The position numbers and the translations under genes were made by a program. From an uncultured Veillonella sp. (GTDB lineage: Bacteria > Bacillota > Negativicutes > Veillonellales > Veillonellaceae): a stretch of 64,000 nt of DNA. The stretch spans positions 19,839-83,838 of the forward strand of contig NZ_CAURHA010000002.1 in assembly GCF_963524655.1 (NCBI RefSeq). Direction: 5' to 3'. Of the stretch, positions 1-8,560 are shown piece by piece. How positions within the stretch are numbered: the first letter of the stretch is position 1; each line of letters begins with the position of its first letter. Below the pieces are notes generated by a model. The model worked only from the letters and a program-made list of their open reading frames with translations. It did not search any database and was not told where the DNA came from.

Positions 1-276
1 CTCAACGCATTCCTTAGCAAAGGTTGTACCGCCCATTAGCTCAACAACCATTTGAATATTTTCATCTTGTAATACATCATCAATATTTGTTACATATTGA
101 GCTGTTTCAGGCAAAGTAATATGGCTATATTTTTCTGGATTACGCACATAGATTTTAGAAATTTCAACATTTACTCCAGTACGATTTTTAATAAGTTCAG
201 CATTATCTTGCAATAAATTAAATGTACCTTGTGCAACAGTACCGAAACCTAATAAAGCAATTTTTATAGTGGTCAT
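1..276 (-). CDS. hom: Homoserine dehydrogenase, N-terminal part (runs off the window edge)
   Basis: Manual translation MTTIKIALLGFGTVAQG...VVELMGGTTFAKECVE: Rossmann GxGxV motif and the VVELMGG motif typical of Hom. Absent from the ORF track because it is truncated. Confidence 0.92.
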   Translation of the reverse strand, partial: MTTIKIALLGFGTVAQGTFNLLQDNAELIKNRTGVNVEISKIYVRNPEKYSHITLPETAQYVTNIDDVLQDENIQMVVELMGGTTFAKECVE

Positions 277-300
277 AATAGTCCTACTCTCTTAACTAGC

Positions 301-750
301 CTATGCTTGGCCTAAAATCTCTACTTTAATAATGCCCTTCATGGAGCGGATATCCAATAATAAGTCTTCTAATGAGCCTTGTAAGTCCTTTGTTTCAAAA
401 GAAATACTGCTATTTGCAATACCTTGTAAGGGAATATCTTGATTGATTGTCAAAATACTGCCATTACGCTCAGCAATAGCTTTCAAAACACTGGACAACA
501 TGCCTGATTCATTAGACATGGAAACATAAATACTAACTATTTTCCCTTGAGCAATTTCAAAGAATGGAAATACATAGTCTTTGTATTTGTAATACGCAGA
601 ACGGCTTAAATCCATTTTTTCAACAGCTTCATTGATTGTTTTAACTTCACCTAATTTAAGAATTTCTTTTACTTTAATCGTCTTTTTAATCGCTTCTGGT
701 AAAATATCTTCTTGCACCAGATAAAACTTATCTTTTTTTGGTTTAGACAT
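301..750 (-). CDS. thrR: ACT-domain transcriptional regulator, UPF0735 (PheB/ThrR family)
   Basis: FYLVQEDILPEAIKKT...LSRSAYYKYKDYVFPF N-terminal HTH-like motif plus C-terminal ACT (ILTINQDIPLQG). Start set at ATG 750 after the GGGAG SD; lies directly upstream of hom. Confidence 0.85.
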   Translation of the reverse strand: MSKPKKDKFYLVQEDILPEAIKKTIKVKEILKLGEVKTINEAVEKMDLSRSAYYKYKDYVFPFFEIAQGKIVSIYVSMSNESGMLSSVLKAIAERNGSILTINQDIPLQGIANSSISFETKDLQGSLEDLLLDIRSMKGIIKVEILGQA

Positions 751-763
751 AGAGTACACTCCC

Positions 764-1756
764 TTATTGTTCTCTTGAAGTTTCTTGGGCTACAAATTGA
801 CGCCCATATAATGTTAATACTGCATACATACCGATAAAAAATGGCAAATATTCAGCCACAACACGCCATGCTACAGCAACAATACCAACTGTTCCATTTG
901 GTACAAAGGCACTAAACAATACTACAAATAGTCCTTCTGCAATCCCTGTTCCCCCTGGAGTTGGTGCAAAATATAAAATAAGATTTAATAGAATCATGCG
1001 ATCTAAAATATCGATGATAGGAATATCTGGTGTAAAAGCGTACATTAATGCTGGTGCAATACAATACAAGCATAATAAACTTAAACCAGATTCAAAAAAT
1101 ACTATGATAGATTGAATTGGCTCTTTATAGAGTAAACCTAGGCCTTGATTTAACGTTTCTAACTTAGAAAGCCAATCCTTCGTTTTATGAGCTTTAAAGC
1201 GCTGTGCTAAATTATAGACAAACTGTCTCATATATTTAGTCTGTAAGATATATGTTCCTAGTAGAGTTGCTATAACGGCAAGCACCGCAAATAACAACAA
1301 CATATCTCGTGAAATATAAGGAATCTCAATAGCATCACGTAAAAATACTAAAGGCAACATAATGACTAAAAACATAATGGAAAATACGGTTCGTATTAAT
1401 ACGATTGGCGTACCTTTAGATATGGGTACACCATAACTTTTTAGTACTAGTACTTGTGCTACGGCACCCCCACTGGCACCAGGTGTTAACATGGCCATAA
1501 AATAGTTACTAAAGATAACACGCAGTACCGCTTGGATAGATAGTTTGTAGCCACCAATTTTTACAAGACGTTGCAAGCGGAGTCCATCAAAATACATACC
1601 AGCCGCTAGTGCTACGATTGCCAACAATAAAGATACACTATTAAAAGACGATATAGTTTTTAATGATTCTAAATCGATGGTATAGTAAATAATTCCTATA
1701 GATACGGCTAATAACAAGAGAAACATAAAAATGCCTCTCTTCATCATTTTGCTCAT
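764..1756 (-). CDS. Lysylphosphatidylglycerol-synthase TM-domain (flippase-like, UPF0104/YbhN) membrane protein
   Basis: Multiple TM segments; LTPGASGG and APTPGGTGIAE...AWR motifs of the LPG_synthase_TM family. Confidence 0.8.
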   Translation of the reverse strand: MSKMMKRGIFMFLLLLAVSIGIIYYTIDLESLKTISSFNSVSLLLAIVALAAGMYFDGLRLQRLVKIGGYKLSIQAVLRVIFSNYFMAMLTPGASGGAVAQVLVLKSYGVPISKGTPIVLIRTVFSIMFLVIMLPLVFLRDAIEIPYISRDMLLLFAVLAVIATLLGTYILQTKYMRQFVYNLAQRFKAHKTKDWLSKLETLNQGLGLLYKEPIQSIIVFFESGLSLLCLYCIAPALMYAFTPDIPIIDILDRMILLNLILYFAPTPGGTGIAEGLFVVLFSAFVPNGTVGIVAVAWRVVAEYLPFFIGMYAVLTLYGRQFVAQETSREQ

Positions 1757-2607
1757 ATCAAGTCTCCATAATTAATTAGCTCTATACCATGTTGTCTTAT
1801 ATACAATCGGGTATGACTAGAACATAGTGCATGCAACTCATCTTCCCAGTGATATCCCCAATTATAACGCTTACCTAGAATTGTATTATTAATACCAGGA
1901 TGAACCATCAATTCATGGGTACCAGAATTATTATTTACCTTTTTCAAAATACCCATTAATGATTTTTGATCTATATTTCCGCCATTCACCATTCCCCAGA
2001 AGTATTGGGTGGTCAACATATTGTTATTGCGTACTATTGGCCTTGCATTAGCAGCAACAGTTGATAAACCAACTTTACCTAAAAAACGAGTTGGAGAATA
2101 TATGTAGTTCATAAAGCTTGTAGGTTCATCAGGTACTCTAATAGCATTTATACCAAAGGATTTTGCCTGTTCAATGACAATAGGTAAAACCGTAGGTAAC
2201 ACGTGCATATGTTGATGACCGTCAATATGAGTAACCTTTAATCCAGTGTCTGAAATTTGTGTAATCTGTGCATTAATCTCTTTACGTAATTCACTATAAT
2301 TGATTTTGCCAGAGTAAATGCGTTTTATAAAATCAATATAACTCTCTGGAAAAACACCTTCTGCTGTTACGAGTGAAGGAACTTCAGCTGGATCACATAC
2401 TGGTTTTAGTCCACCAACTAAAGCAATATGAATACCAATGCCCAACTTAGGGTTTTCTTTTGCCATGCTTACGGCTTCTGTAAAAGCTTCTCCTCCTGCT
2501 AATAAAGAGGTACTAGTAATAATACCTGTACGATGACCATCAATAATTCCAGCATTAACCGCACTATGAAGGCCAAAATCGTCTGCATTTACTATTAATT
2601 TGGACAT
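1753..2607 (-). CDS. ChbG/HpnK (YdjC) family carbohydrate deacetylase
   Basis: LIVNADDFG, GIH, HIDGHQHMH and ELMVHPG motifs; start trimmed to MSKLIV after the AAGGAAG SD. Confidence 0.88.
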   Translation of the reverse strand: MSKLIVNADDFGLHSAVNAGIIDGHRTGIITSTSLLAGGEAFTEAVSMAKENPKLGIGIHIALVGGLKPVCDPAEVPSLVTAEGVFPESYIDFIKRIYSGKINYSELRKEINAQITQISDTGLKVTHIDGHQHMHVLPTVLPIVIEQAKSFGINAIRVPDEPTSFMNYIYSPTRFLGKVGLSTVAANARPIVRNNNMLTTQYFWGMVNGGNIDQKSLMGILKKVNNNSGTHELMVHPGINNTILGKRYNWGYHWEDELHALCSSHTRLYIRQHGIELINYGDLI

Positions 2608-2626
2608 AGTTATCTTCCTTTTCATT

Positions 2627-2652
2627 AAAAAAAGGGAGAACTTTGTTCTCCC
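2627..2652 (-). terminator. Intrinsic-terminator-like hairpin in the 5' leader of the deacetylase operon (putative attenuator)
   Basis: Minus strand GGGAGAAC-AAA-GTTCTCCC followed by T7, located between the promoter and the SD. Confidence 0.65.
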
Positions 2653-2668
2653 ACAAAGGATATATGTT

Positions 2669-2698
2669 ATTGTACCAAATACACAACTAATAAATCAA
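2669..2698 (-). promoter_or_regulatory. Putative sigma-A promoter for the chbG-like operon
   Basis: TTGATT-18 bp-TACAAT with an extended -10 TG (TGGTACAAT). Confidence 0.6.
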
Positions 2699-2701
2699 TA
2701 C

Positions 2702-2738
2702 AAAAGCCCTCTACTTGTATACTAGTAGAGGACTTTTT
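2702..2738. terminator. Intrinsic terminator downstream of the TrmH gene
   Basis: AAAAGCCCTCTACT...AGTAGAGGACTTTTT inverted repeat with flanking A/T tracts. Confidence 0.75.
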
Positions 2739-2864
2739 ATAATGCTATAAATTTTTATAATAAATATAAAATTAAATACATTTTACGAAGCATAAATTAT
2801 AGGTGTTATGTCCTATATAAATTAATACTATATAAAAAATACAGTAGTATTTATTAGTACGAAT

Positions 2865-3659
2865 TTAACTCATCAATTGCTCTTGAACCTTATACATACA
2901 TAATGCAGCTGCTACACTTACATTTAATGATTCCATATCTCCATACATAGGAATCATGATGCGATTAGTGCATAGATTCATCACCTCTGGTGTCACACCA
3001 TTACCTTCATTACCTAATACTAGCATAGTTCGTTTAGCATACGTCACAGAATGATAAGGCTCTGAATCTTCTAAAGCCGTAACATAGGTAGTCATATTTG
3101 ATTCAGCCACAATATCATGTAACATAGACAAAGTAACATCCTCGTATAAAGGTATTTTATGTAAAGCACTCATTGTACTACGTACCGTTTTATCATTAAA
3201 AGGATCTACAGTCCCTTTCATTAAGAAAATGCCTTTTACACCTGCTGCAACTGCGGTACGAATAATGGTACCTAGGTTACCAGGATCTTGAACACCATCT
3301 AATGTAATGTATAGTCCATCCTCGATAGAAACACTTTCAATATTGTGTTTAGGTTTTGATACTATGGCCACAACACCTTGCCCATTTACAGTATTATCTA
3401 TTTTATCAAACACAGGATCTTGAACTATATACGTATGTGCAGATTGAACAGAATCTAAGGTTAATAAATCTAATACATTTTTATCTTGTGCTTTAGACTC
3501 ACGAATAACAACTGTTTTGACTGCACCCATAGCTGCAATATCACGTATAGAGCGGATGCCTTCAACAATATACTCCCCACTTTTTTGACGATTCTTACGC
3601 TGACCTAAAGCGATAATGTGCTTTATAGTTTTATTATCTTTCGATTGAATAAATTCCAT
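2865..3659 (-). CDS. TrmH/SpoU family RNA 2'-O-methyltransferase
   Basis: LDGVQDPGNLGTIIRTA, GNEGNGV and ESLNVSVAA SPOUT motifs; start trimmed to MEFIQS. Confidence 0.9.
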   Translation of the reverse strand: MEFIQSKDNKTIKHIIALGQRKNRQKSGEYIVEGIRSIRDIAAMGAVKTVVIRESKAQDKNVLDLLTLDSVQSAHTYIVQDPVFDKIDNTVNGQGVVAIVSKPKHNIESVSIEDGLYITLDGVQDPGNLGTIIRTAVAAGVKGIFLMKGTVDPFNDKTVRSTMSALHKIPLYEDVTLSMLHDIVAESNMTTYVTALEDSEPYHSVTYAKRTMLVLGNEGNGVTPEVMNLCTNRIMIPMYGDMESLNVSVAAALCMYKVQEQLMS

Positions 3660-3660
3660 A

Positions 3661-5406
3661 CTAACTCCCGCTTTGTTGATTACTCCAGAGATTATAAAAG
3701 GCACCTTTTGAATTGATAAGTTCTTCAAAAGATCCTTTTTCTATTATTTTACCATATTCCATATACACTATTTTATTAGCATCCTGTACCGTAGAAAGTC
3801 GATGAGCAATGCTTACAATAGTTTTGCTACCACGAATATTTTCAATACTAGCTTGAATTTGCTTCTCCGTATGACTATCAATATTGGCTGTAGCTTCATC
3901 TAACAATAAAATAGGTGTATTTCTAATTAGAGTGCGTCCAAATGCCAATAATTGCTTTTGTCCATCAGATAACAAAGAACCTAAATAACCTACAGGTGTA
4001 TGATAACCCTCTGGCAATTGTTCAATCATACTATCCAAATTTACTTGTTTTGCTGCATCTACCATATCATCATATGAAATAGAAGTATCAAAAAGTGTTA
4101 AGTTATCCTTTATAGAACCTTTAAATAGATACGCTTGCTGGAAAACATACCCCATCAAATGACGCAGTACGGAACTATCATAATTTGCAATATCAATGCC
4201 ATTGATATAGATTGCTCCCTTAGTAGGTTTATAAAGACCCATTAACAAGGATAAAAGCGTTGATTTACCACTACCTGAAGGGCCTACGATGCCTATAAAT
4301 TCACCAGCCTTAATGCTTAACGTAAAGTCTTCCAATGCGTATACATCGTTATTGTCATAAGAAAACCATACATGTTCAAAGTCAATAGATTCTATATGTT
4401 TAAATTCACGAGGAACTTCATTGGCGATTTGACGATCCTCTTCCTCTAATAAAGGAACTAATCTTTCCGCCCCAGCTAATGCACTTTGTAGAGAATTATA
4501 TTTATCAGCAATTTCTTTTAATGGTTGGAAGAATCGATCCATGTATTGGATGAACGCAAAAACAGTACCAGCATCGGCCACCGAATCTATTACATTTGTA
4601 GTAGTAAAAATAACGATTAGTGCCACAAAGAATAGACCATCTACGAGCGGTCTAAAAATAGAAAACGTAGTAACTTCAAAAAGGCCTGCTTCTAAAAAGC
4701 CTTTATTAACCGTATTGTAACGTTCTTCGATGTCTTTTTCACCGCCATAAGATTTGACAATGACTATGTAGTTTAATAGCTCTTTAATGCTCGCATTAGA
4801 GGCCGCTACAGATCGGCGAACTTGACGGAATGCTTTACGAGAAAACTTTTGGAATACCCAAATAATTACGCCCATTATTGGTAATAAAATCGTCATGATA
4901 ATTGCTAAAGGTACATTAATAGCATACATGAATCCTAAAATACCGATGATCATTAAACCGCTACTCGCTAAATTCAGTAATACATCTGTATATAAAGTGC
5001 GCAATGACTCTACATCATTTGTGATACGAGTCACCCAATTACCAATGGGTAATTTATAAAACTCATCATGGGACTTATGAAGTATCTTTTGAAATATAAT
5101 GGCACGTATATTATAAATAATCTTTTGTCCAAAGCTTTTCAAAAAATAATTTTCTACAAATATACATAACACACTACCAATAATAGTAAGACCATATATT
5201 ACAGCATAATATTCGATAACATTAATATCATTAGTAGCAAAGCCGAGATCAATAACTTGCTTAGTTAAATAAGGTCTTAAAAGCAAAAGTATTAAATTGC
5301 CGGCTAGCGCAATGGTAGCTAACAATAAAATACCCAAATAAGGCTTAATATACGCAGTTATATAGGAGAATAAAGCCCAATCATTTTTTAAATTACGCTT
5401 TTTCAT
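3661..5406 (-). CDS. ABC exporter half-transporter (TMD+NBD), YheH/MdlB-like subunit
   Basis: Six-TM domain, Walker A GPSGSGKS, signature LSDGQ, Walker B LLLDE, H-loop AHR; start MKKRNL after the GGAGG SD. Confidence 0.9.
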   Translation of the reverse strand: MKKRNLKNDWALFSYITAYIKPYLGILLLATIALAGNLILLLLRPYLTKQVIDLGFATNDINVIEYYAVIYGLTIIGSVLCIFVENYFLKSFGQKIIYNIRAIIFQKILHKSHDEFYKLPIGNWVTRITNDVESLRTLYTDVLLNLASSGLMIIGILGFMYAINVPLAIIMTILLPIMGVIIWVFQKFSRKAFRQVRRSVAASNASIKELLNYIVIVKSYGGEKDIEERYNTVNKGFLEAGLFEVTTFSIFRPLVDGLFFVALIVIFTTTNVIDSVADAGTVFAFIQYMDRFFQPLKEIADKYNSLQSALAGAERLVPLLEEEDRQIANEVPREFKHIESIDFEHVWFSYDNNDVYALEDFTLSIKAGEFIGIVGPSGSGKSTLLSLLMGLYKPTKGAIYINGIDIANYDSSVLRHLMGYVFQQAYLFKGSIKDNLTLFDTSISYDDMVDAAKQVNLDSMIEQLPEGYHTPVGYLGSLLSDGQKQLLAFGRTLIRNTPILLLDEATANIDSHTEKQIQASIENIRGSKTIVSIAHRLSTVQDANKIVYMEYGKIIEKGSFEELINSKGAFYNLWSNQQSGS

Positions 5407-7120
5407 GATGAGCCCCTCCTTTCTGCGCTTCATATAAGGTGAAATATAAGCCCTTATTAGCTAATAATTCTTCATGAGTACCTTCTTCTACAATACGACC
5501 CTCATCAAATACAAGGATTTTATCTGCTTTCTCTATAACCTCTAAACGCTGTGAAATACATAGAATAGTTTGATCTTTTACATTATTTAAAGTATCTAAT
5601 ATGGTTGTAACTGTTACAGCATCTAAAGCAGAAAAACAATCATCTAGCAATAAATATGGTGCATTTTTGTAGAAACCACGTGCCATATTAATACGTTGCT
5701 TTTGTCCACCTGATAAGTCTTGACCTTCTTCAGCTAACTTATGTAAATCATTGTTTAGCAAATCGCCCAAATCTCTGTATAAATCGGCCTTCTTCGCTGC
5801 TACTTCCATAGTTTCATGCATGGGTAACTCTTTACCGAATTTTATATTATCTGAAATGGTAGTACTTAATAAGTAAGATTGAGTTGGTACATAGGCAATG
5901 GAATTCCGAAGTTTCGCTAATGGTATATTCGTCAAATCTTGATTGCCAAAATAGATAGATTTTTCAGGACATTCTTGTAATCCAATTAGCAATTTAAATA
6001 AAGTACTTTTACCAGAACCTGGTTTACCCACTAACCCGATAAAAGAACCTTTAGGTATGGTGGTAGTCACTTGAGATAATGCATGACCTTTAGAGTTTTC
6101 ATAATTAAAATCTAAATAGCGAACGTGAATATCTTCAAGGGCTAATACATCTACACTATCCTCTATTGTTTCAGTGGGCAACTGCAAGAAATCCGTAATG
6201 CGATCTAAGGAGGCTAAACCTTTTTGAACAATTGAAATAAGACCACCAAAACCAATCAAAGGGCCTACAATTAACATGATGAATGAATTGATAGTTACAA
6301 ACTCACCTATAGTCATTTTGCCTTCTACAGCCAAGTGTCCGCAAATAAAGATGCTTATACTAATACAGATGAACGGAGCAATTCTAGTAAGTGGAGTTAA
6401 TATAGCATCCAACAAGGCAACATCCATATTTTTCTTATAGTTAAGTTTATTGATTTTTTCAAAGGACTTTGAAATGATGCTTTCACGATTAAAAGCGCGA
6501 ATAACATCCATTCCCTGAAATAGTTCTTGCCCAAACTCTGTCATATCACTATACGTAGCTTGAGCACTACGTTGTTTAGCTCTTAATTTTCTACCTAATA
6601 CAAATATTGCAACGATAATAAAAAATATAGGTGTCATGATTTTAAACGCTAAGACACCATTTATTTTTTGAATTAAAATTATAGATCCTACAATGGAATA
6701 GAAAATAATATCTACTATTATCATTACACCTAAACCAAGTGCAACGCGTAATGATGTAACATCATTGGTCATAAGCGCCATAACCTTACCTGGCCCATTA
6801 GATTCATAATAAGTTGTTTTTACTTGTAAAGCTTGGCTACATAGAATTTCACGAAAAAGATATTCCATACGTCGAATAGAGCCTAATAAGGTTCTACGAG
6901 AGATTACCTTTAAAATTGTAATAATGATAAATAAAAAAATAAAATAAAAAATATAATTCACTAAACCTTCTTTATTATTGCTCAATGTATCTATGGCATT
7001 GCCGATAAATTGAGGTACAAATAAAAAAGCTACATCTATAGCTATCAGCATTGTTAAACCAATGGCATATATCCACCCCTCACGGCGGAAAAATTGCATA
7101 AATAAATTTATAGGTTTCAT
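5393..7120 (-). CDS. ABC exporter half-transporter (TMD+NBD), YheI/MdlA-like subunit
   Basis: TMD, Walker A GKPGSGKS, LSGGQ, Walker B LLLDD, H-loop replaced by SQR. Confidence 0.9.
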   Translation of the reverse strand: MKPINLFMQFFRREGWIYAIGLTMLIAIDVAFLFVPQFIGNAIDTLSNNKEGLVNYIFYFIFLFIIITILKVISRRTLLGSIRRMEYLFREILCSQALQVKTTYYESNGPGKVMALMTNDVTSLRVALGLGVMIIVDIIFYSIVGSIILIQKINGVLAFKIMTPIFFIIVAIFVLGRKLRAKQRSAQATYSDMTEFGQELFQGMDVIRAFNRESIISKSFEKINKLNYKKNMDVALLDAILTPLTRIAPFICISISIFICGHLAVEGKMTIGEFVTINSFIMLIVGPLIGFGGLISIVQKGLASLDRITDFLQLPTETIEDSVDVLALEDIHVRYLDFNYENSKGHALSQVTTTIPKGSFIGLVGKPGSGKSTLFKLLIGLQECPEKSIYFGNQDLTNIPLAKLRNSIAYVPTQSYLLSTTISDNIKFGKELPMHETMEVAAKKADLYRDLGDLLNNDLHKLAEEGQDLSGGQKQRINMARGFYKNAPYLLLDDCFSALDAVTVTTILDTLNNVKDQTILCISQRLEVIEKADKILVFDEGRIVEEGTHEELLANKGLYFTLYEAQKGGAHHEKA

Positions 7121-7327
7121 AGGCCCTCTCAAACACACTATGTTTTTAAATATTAGATACCTTAATAGTGATTTACTACTAATTGAATAGAATAAAAATT
7201 CGAATCATAAATTAGTATATATAAATTAAAGTAATATTGATGTAAATGTACTCTTTATAGTATACACATTTTTCGGCTATTCATTAATACACCTATACGT
7301 ATAATTACACTATATCGAATTTTTTAG

Positions 7328-7356
7328 TTTACTTATAGTAATGTAAGTGTTATACT
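7328..7356 (+). promoter_or_regulatory. Putative sigma-A promoter of tpx
   Basis: TTTACT-17 bp-TATACT with an extended -10 TG; AGGAGG SD upstream of ATG 7419. Confidence 0.55.
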
Positions 7357-7418
7357 ATGCATAGATACAAAACGTATCTTTAATAAATTGGAATTAAAAC
7401 TCTTAGGAGGAATACAAC

Positions 7419-7934
7419 ATGGAAAAACGTACTGGCGTAGTAACATTTGCAGGTGGCCCTATCACATTAGTTGGTCCAGAAGTTAAAGTAGGTCAACAAG
7501 CTCCAGACTTCACAGTAATTGGCAATGACTTACAACCTAAAACATTAAAAGATTTCGAAGGTAAAGTAAAAGTTATCTCCGTTGTTCCTTCCCTTGATAC
7601 AGGCGTTTGTGACGCTCAAACTCGTTGGTTCAACCAAGATGCAACTTCTCTTTCCGAAGACGTTGTAGTATTGACAGTATCTATGGACTTGCCATTCGCT
7701 CAAAAACGTTGGTGTGGTGCTGCTGGCGTAGATAAAGTTATTACTTTATCCGACCACAGAGATGCTTCCTTCGGTGAAAACTATGGTTTCTTGATCGAAG
7801 AACTTCGTCTTTTATCTCGTGGTGTTGTAGTAATCAACAAAGACAACAAAGTAACTTATGTTGAATACGTACCTGAAGTAACTCAAGCAGTTAACTTTGA
7901 CGCTGCATTAGAAGCTATTAAAGCTGATATCTAA
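7419..7934 (+). CDS. tpx: Thiol peroxidase (atypical 2-Cys peroxiredoxin)
   Basis: [11 protein letters not shown] and [14 protein letters not shown] motifs. Confidence 0.96.
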   Translation: MEKRTGVVTFAGGPITLVGPEVKVGQQAPDFTVIGNDLQPKTLKDFEGKVKVISVVPSLDTGVCDAQTRWFNQDATSLSEDVVVLTVSMDLPFAQKRWCGAAGVDKVITLSDHRDASFGENYGFLIEELRLLSRGVVVINKDNKVTYVEYVPEVTQAVNFDAALEAIKADI

Positions 7935-7971
7935 TTGTTGGATTATTAATTCGTTTATATTATATAGACGT

Positions 7972-8002
7972 TAAAAAGACCGTACGGTGTACGGTCTTTT
8001 TT
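7972..8002 (+). terminator. tpx intrinsic terminator
   Basis: AAAAAGACCGTAC-GGT-GTACGGTCTTTTTT. Confidence 0.85.
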
Positions 8003-8040
8003 ATGTGTTGTGTTGTAATTATATTTTAATTGGAGTATTT

Positions 8041-8436
8041 ATGTGGATTCGTATTTCTCGTCTTCTATTAACCATTAAAAATATTGCCCTTATAGGTGTG
8101 GGCATTGGTCTATGCATTGCAATGATTAATAGTTTAATAAACTTTGGTTTCATTGCATGGGCTAATATTCAAGGCTATAGCACATATGATTTATTGATTG
8201 AAGAATTAATTACCTTCTTCCTTTACTTTGAGTTTATTGCACTCATCGTAAAGTATTTTAAGAACAACTTCCATTTCCCTCTTGATTTTTTCTTATATAT
8301 TGGCATTACTGCATTAGTTCGGTTACTCATTATAGATCATGAATCGGCTTTAGATATGTTATTATGGTCTATTTCTATTTTTGTATTAGTATGTTGTTTA
8401 GTTTTAGTAGAAAGATTCCTTAATAATAAAGAATAA
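8041..8436 (+). CDS. psiE: Phosphate-starvation-inducible PsiE family membrane protein
   Basis: FFLYFEFIALIVKYFKNNFHFPL..F.YIGITALVRLLIIDH signature; start ATG 8041 after the GGAG SD. Confidence 0.88.
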   Translation: MWIRISRLLLTIKNIALIGVGIGLCIAMINSLINFGFIAWANIQGYSTYDLLIEELITFFLYFEFIALIVKYFKNNFHFPLDFFLYIGITALVRLLIIDHESALDMLLWSISIFVLVCCLVLVERFLNNKE

Positions 8437-8482
8437 TATTATATATTTGTTCGTCTATATATAAAGACCATATTATATGACT

Positions 8483-8526
8483 AATGAAAAAGAGACTTTA
8501 CCTATTGGTAGAGTCTCTTTTTCATT
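8483..8526. terminator. Bidirectional terminator between convergent psiE and glnA
   Basis: AATGAAAAAGAGACTTTACC-TATT-GGTAGAGTCTCTTTTTCATT. Confidence 0.85.
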
Positions 8527-8560
8527 TTCATGTTATGTGATTTAAATATGGCCTACTATC

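Noticed and set aside
2740..2864. Very AT-rich spacer with weak inverted repeats
   Set aside because: Low-complexity A/T pairing is expected by chance; no ORF, terminal repeats or array
7982..7990. 9-mer GTACGGTGT shared by the tpx terminator and the tsf terminator (43789-43797)
   Set aside because: Only two short copies, at different positions in their stems; compatible with chance and not enough to call a repeat family
7987..8040. N-terminal extension of psiE in the ORF track
   Set aside because: The GTG start lies inside the tpx terminator; ATG 8041 has the SD
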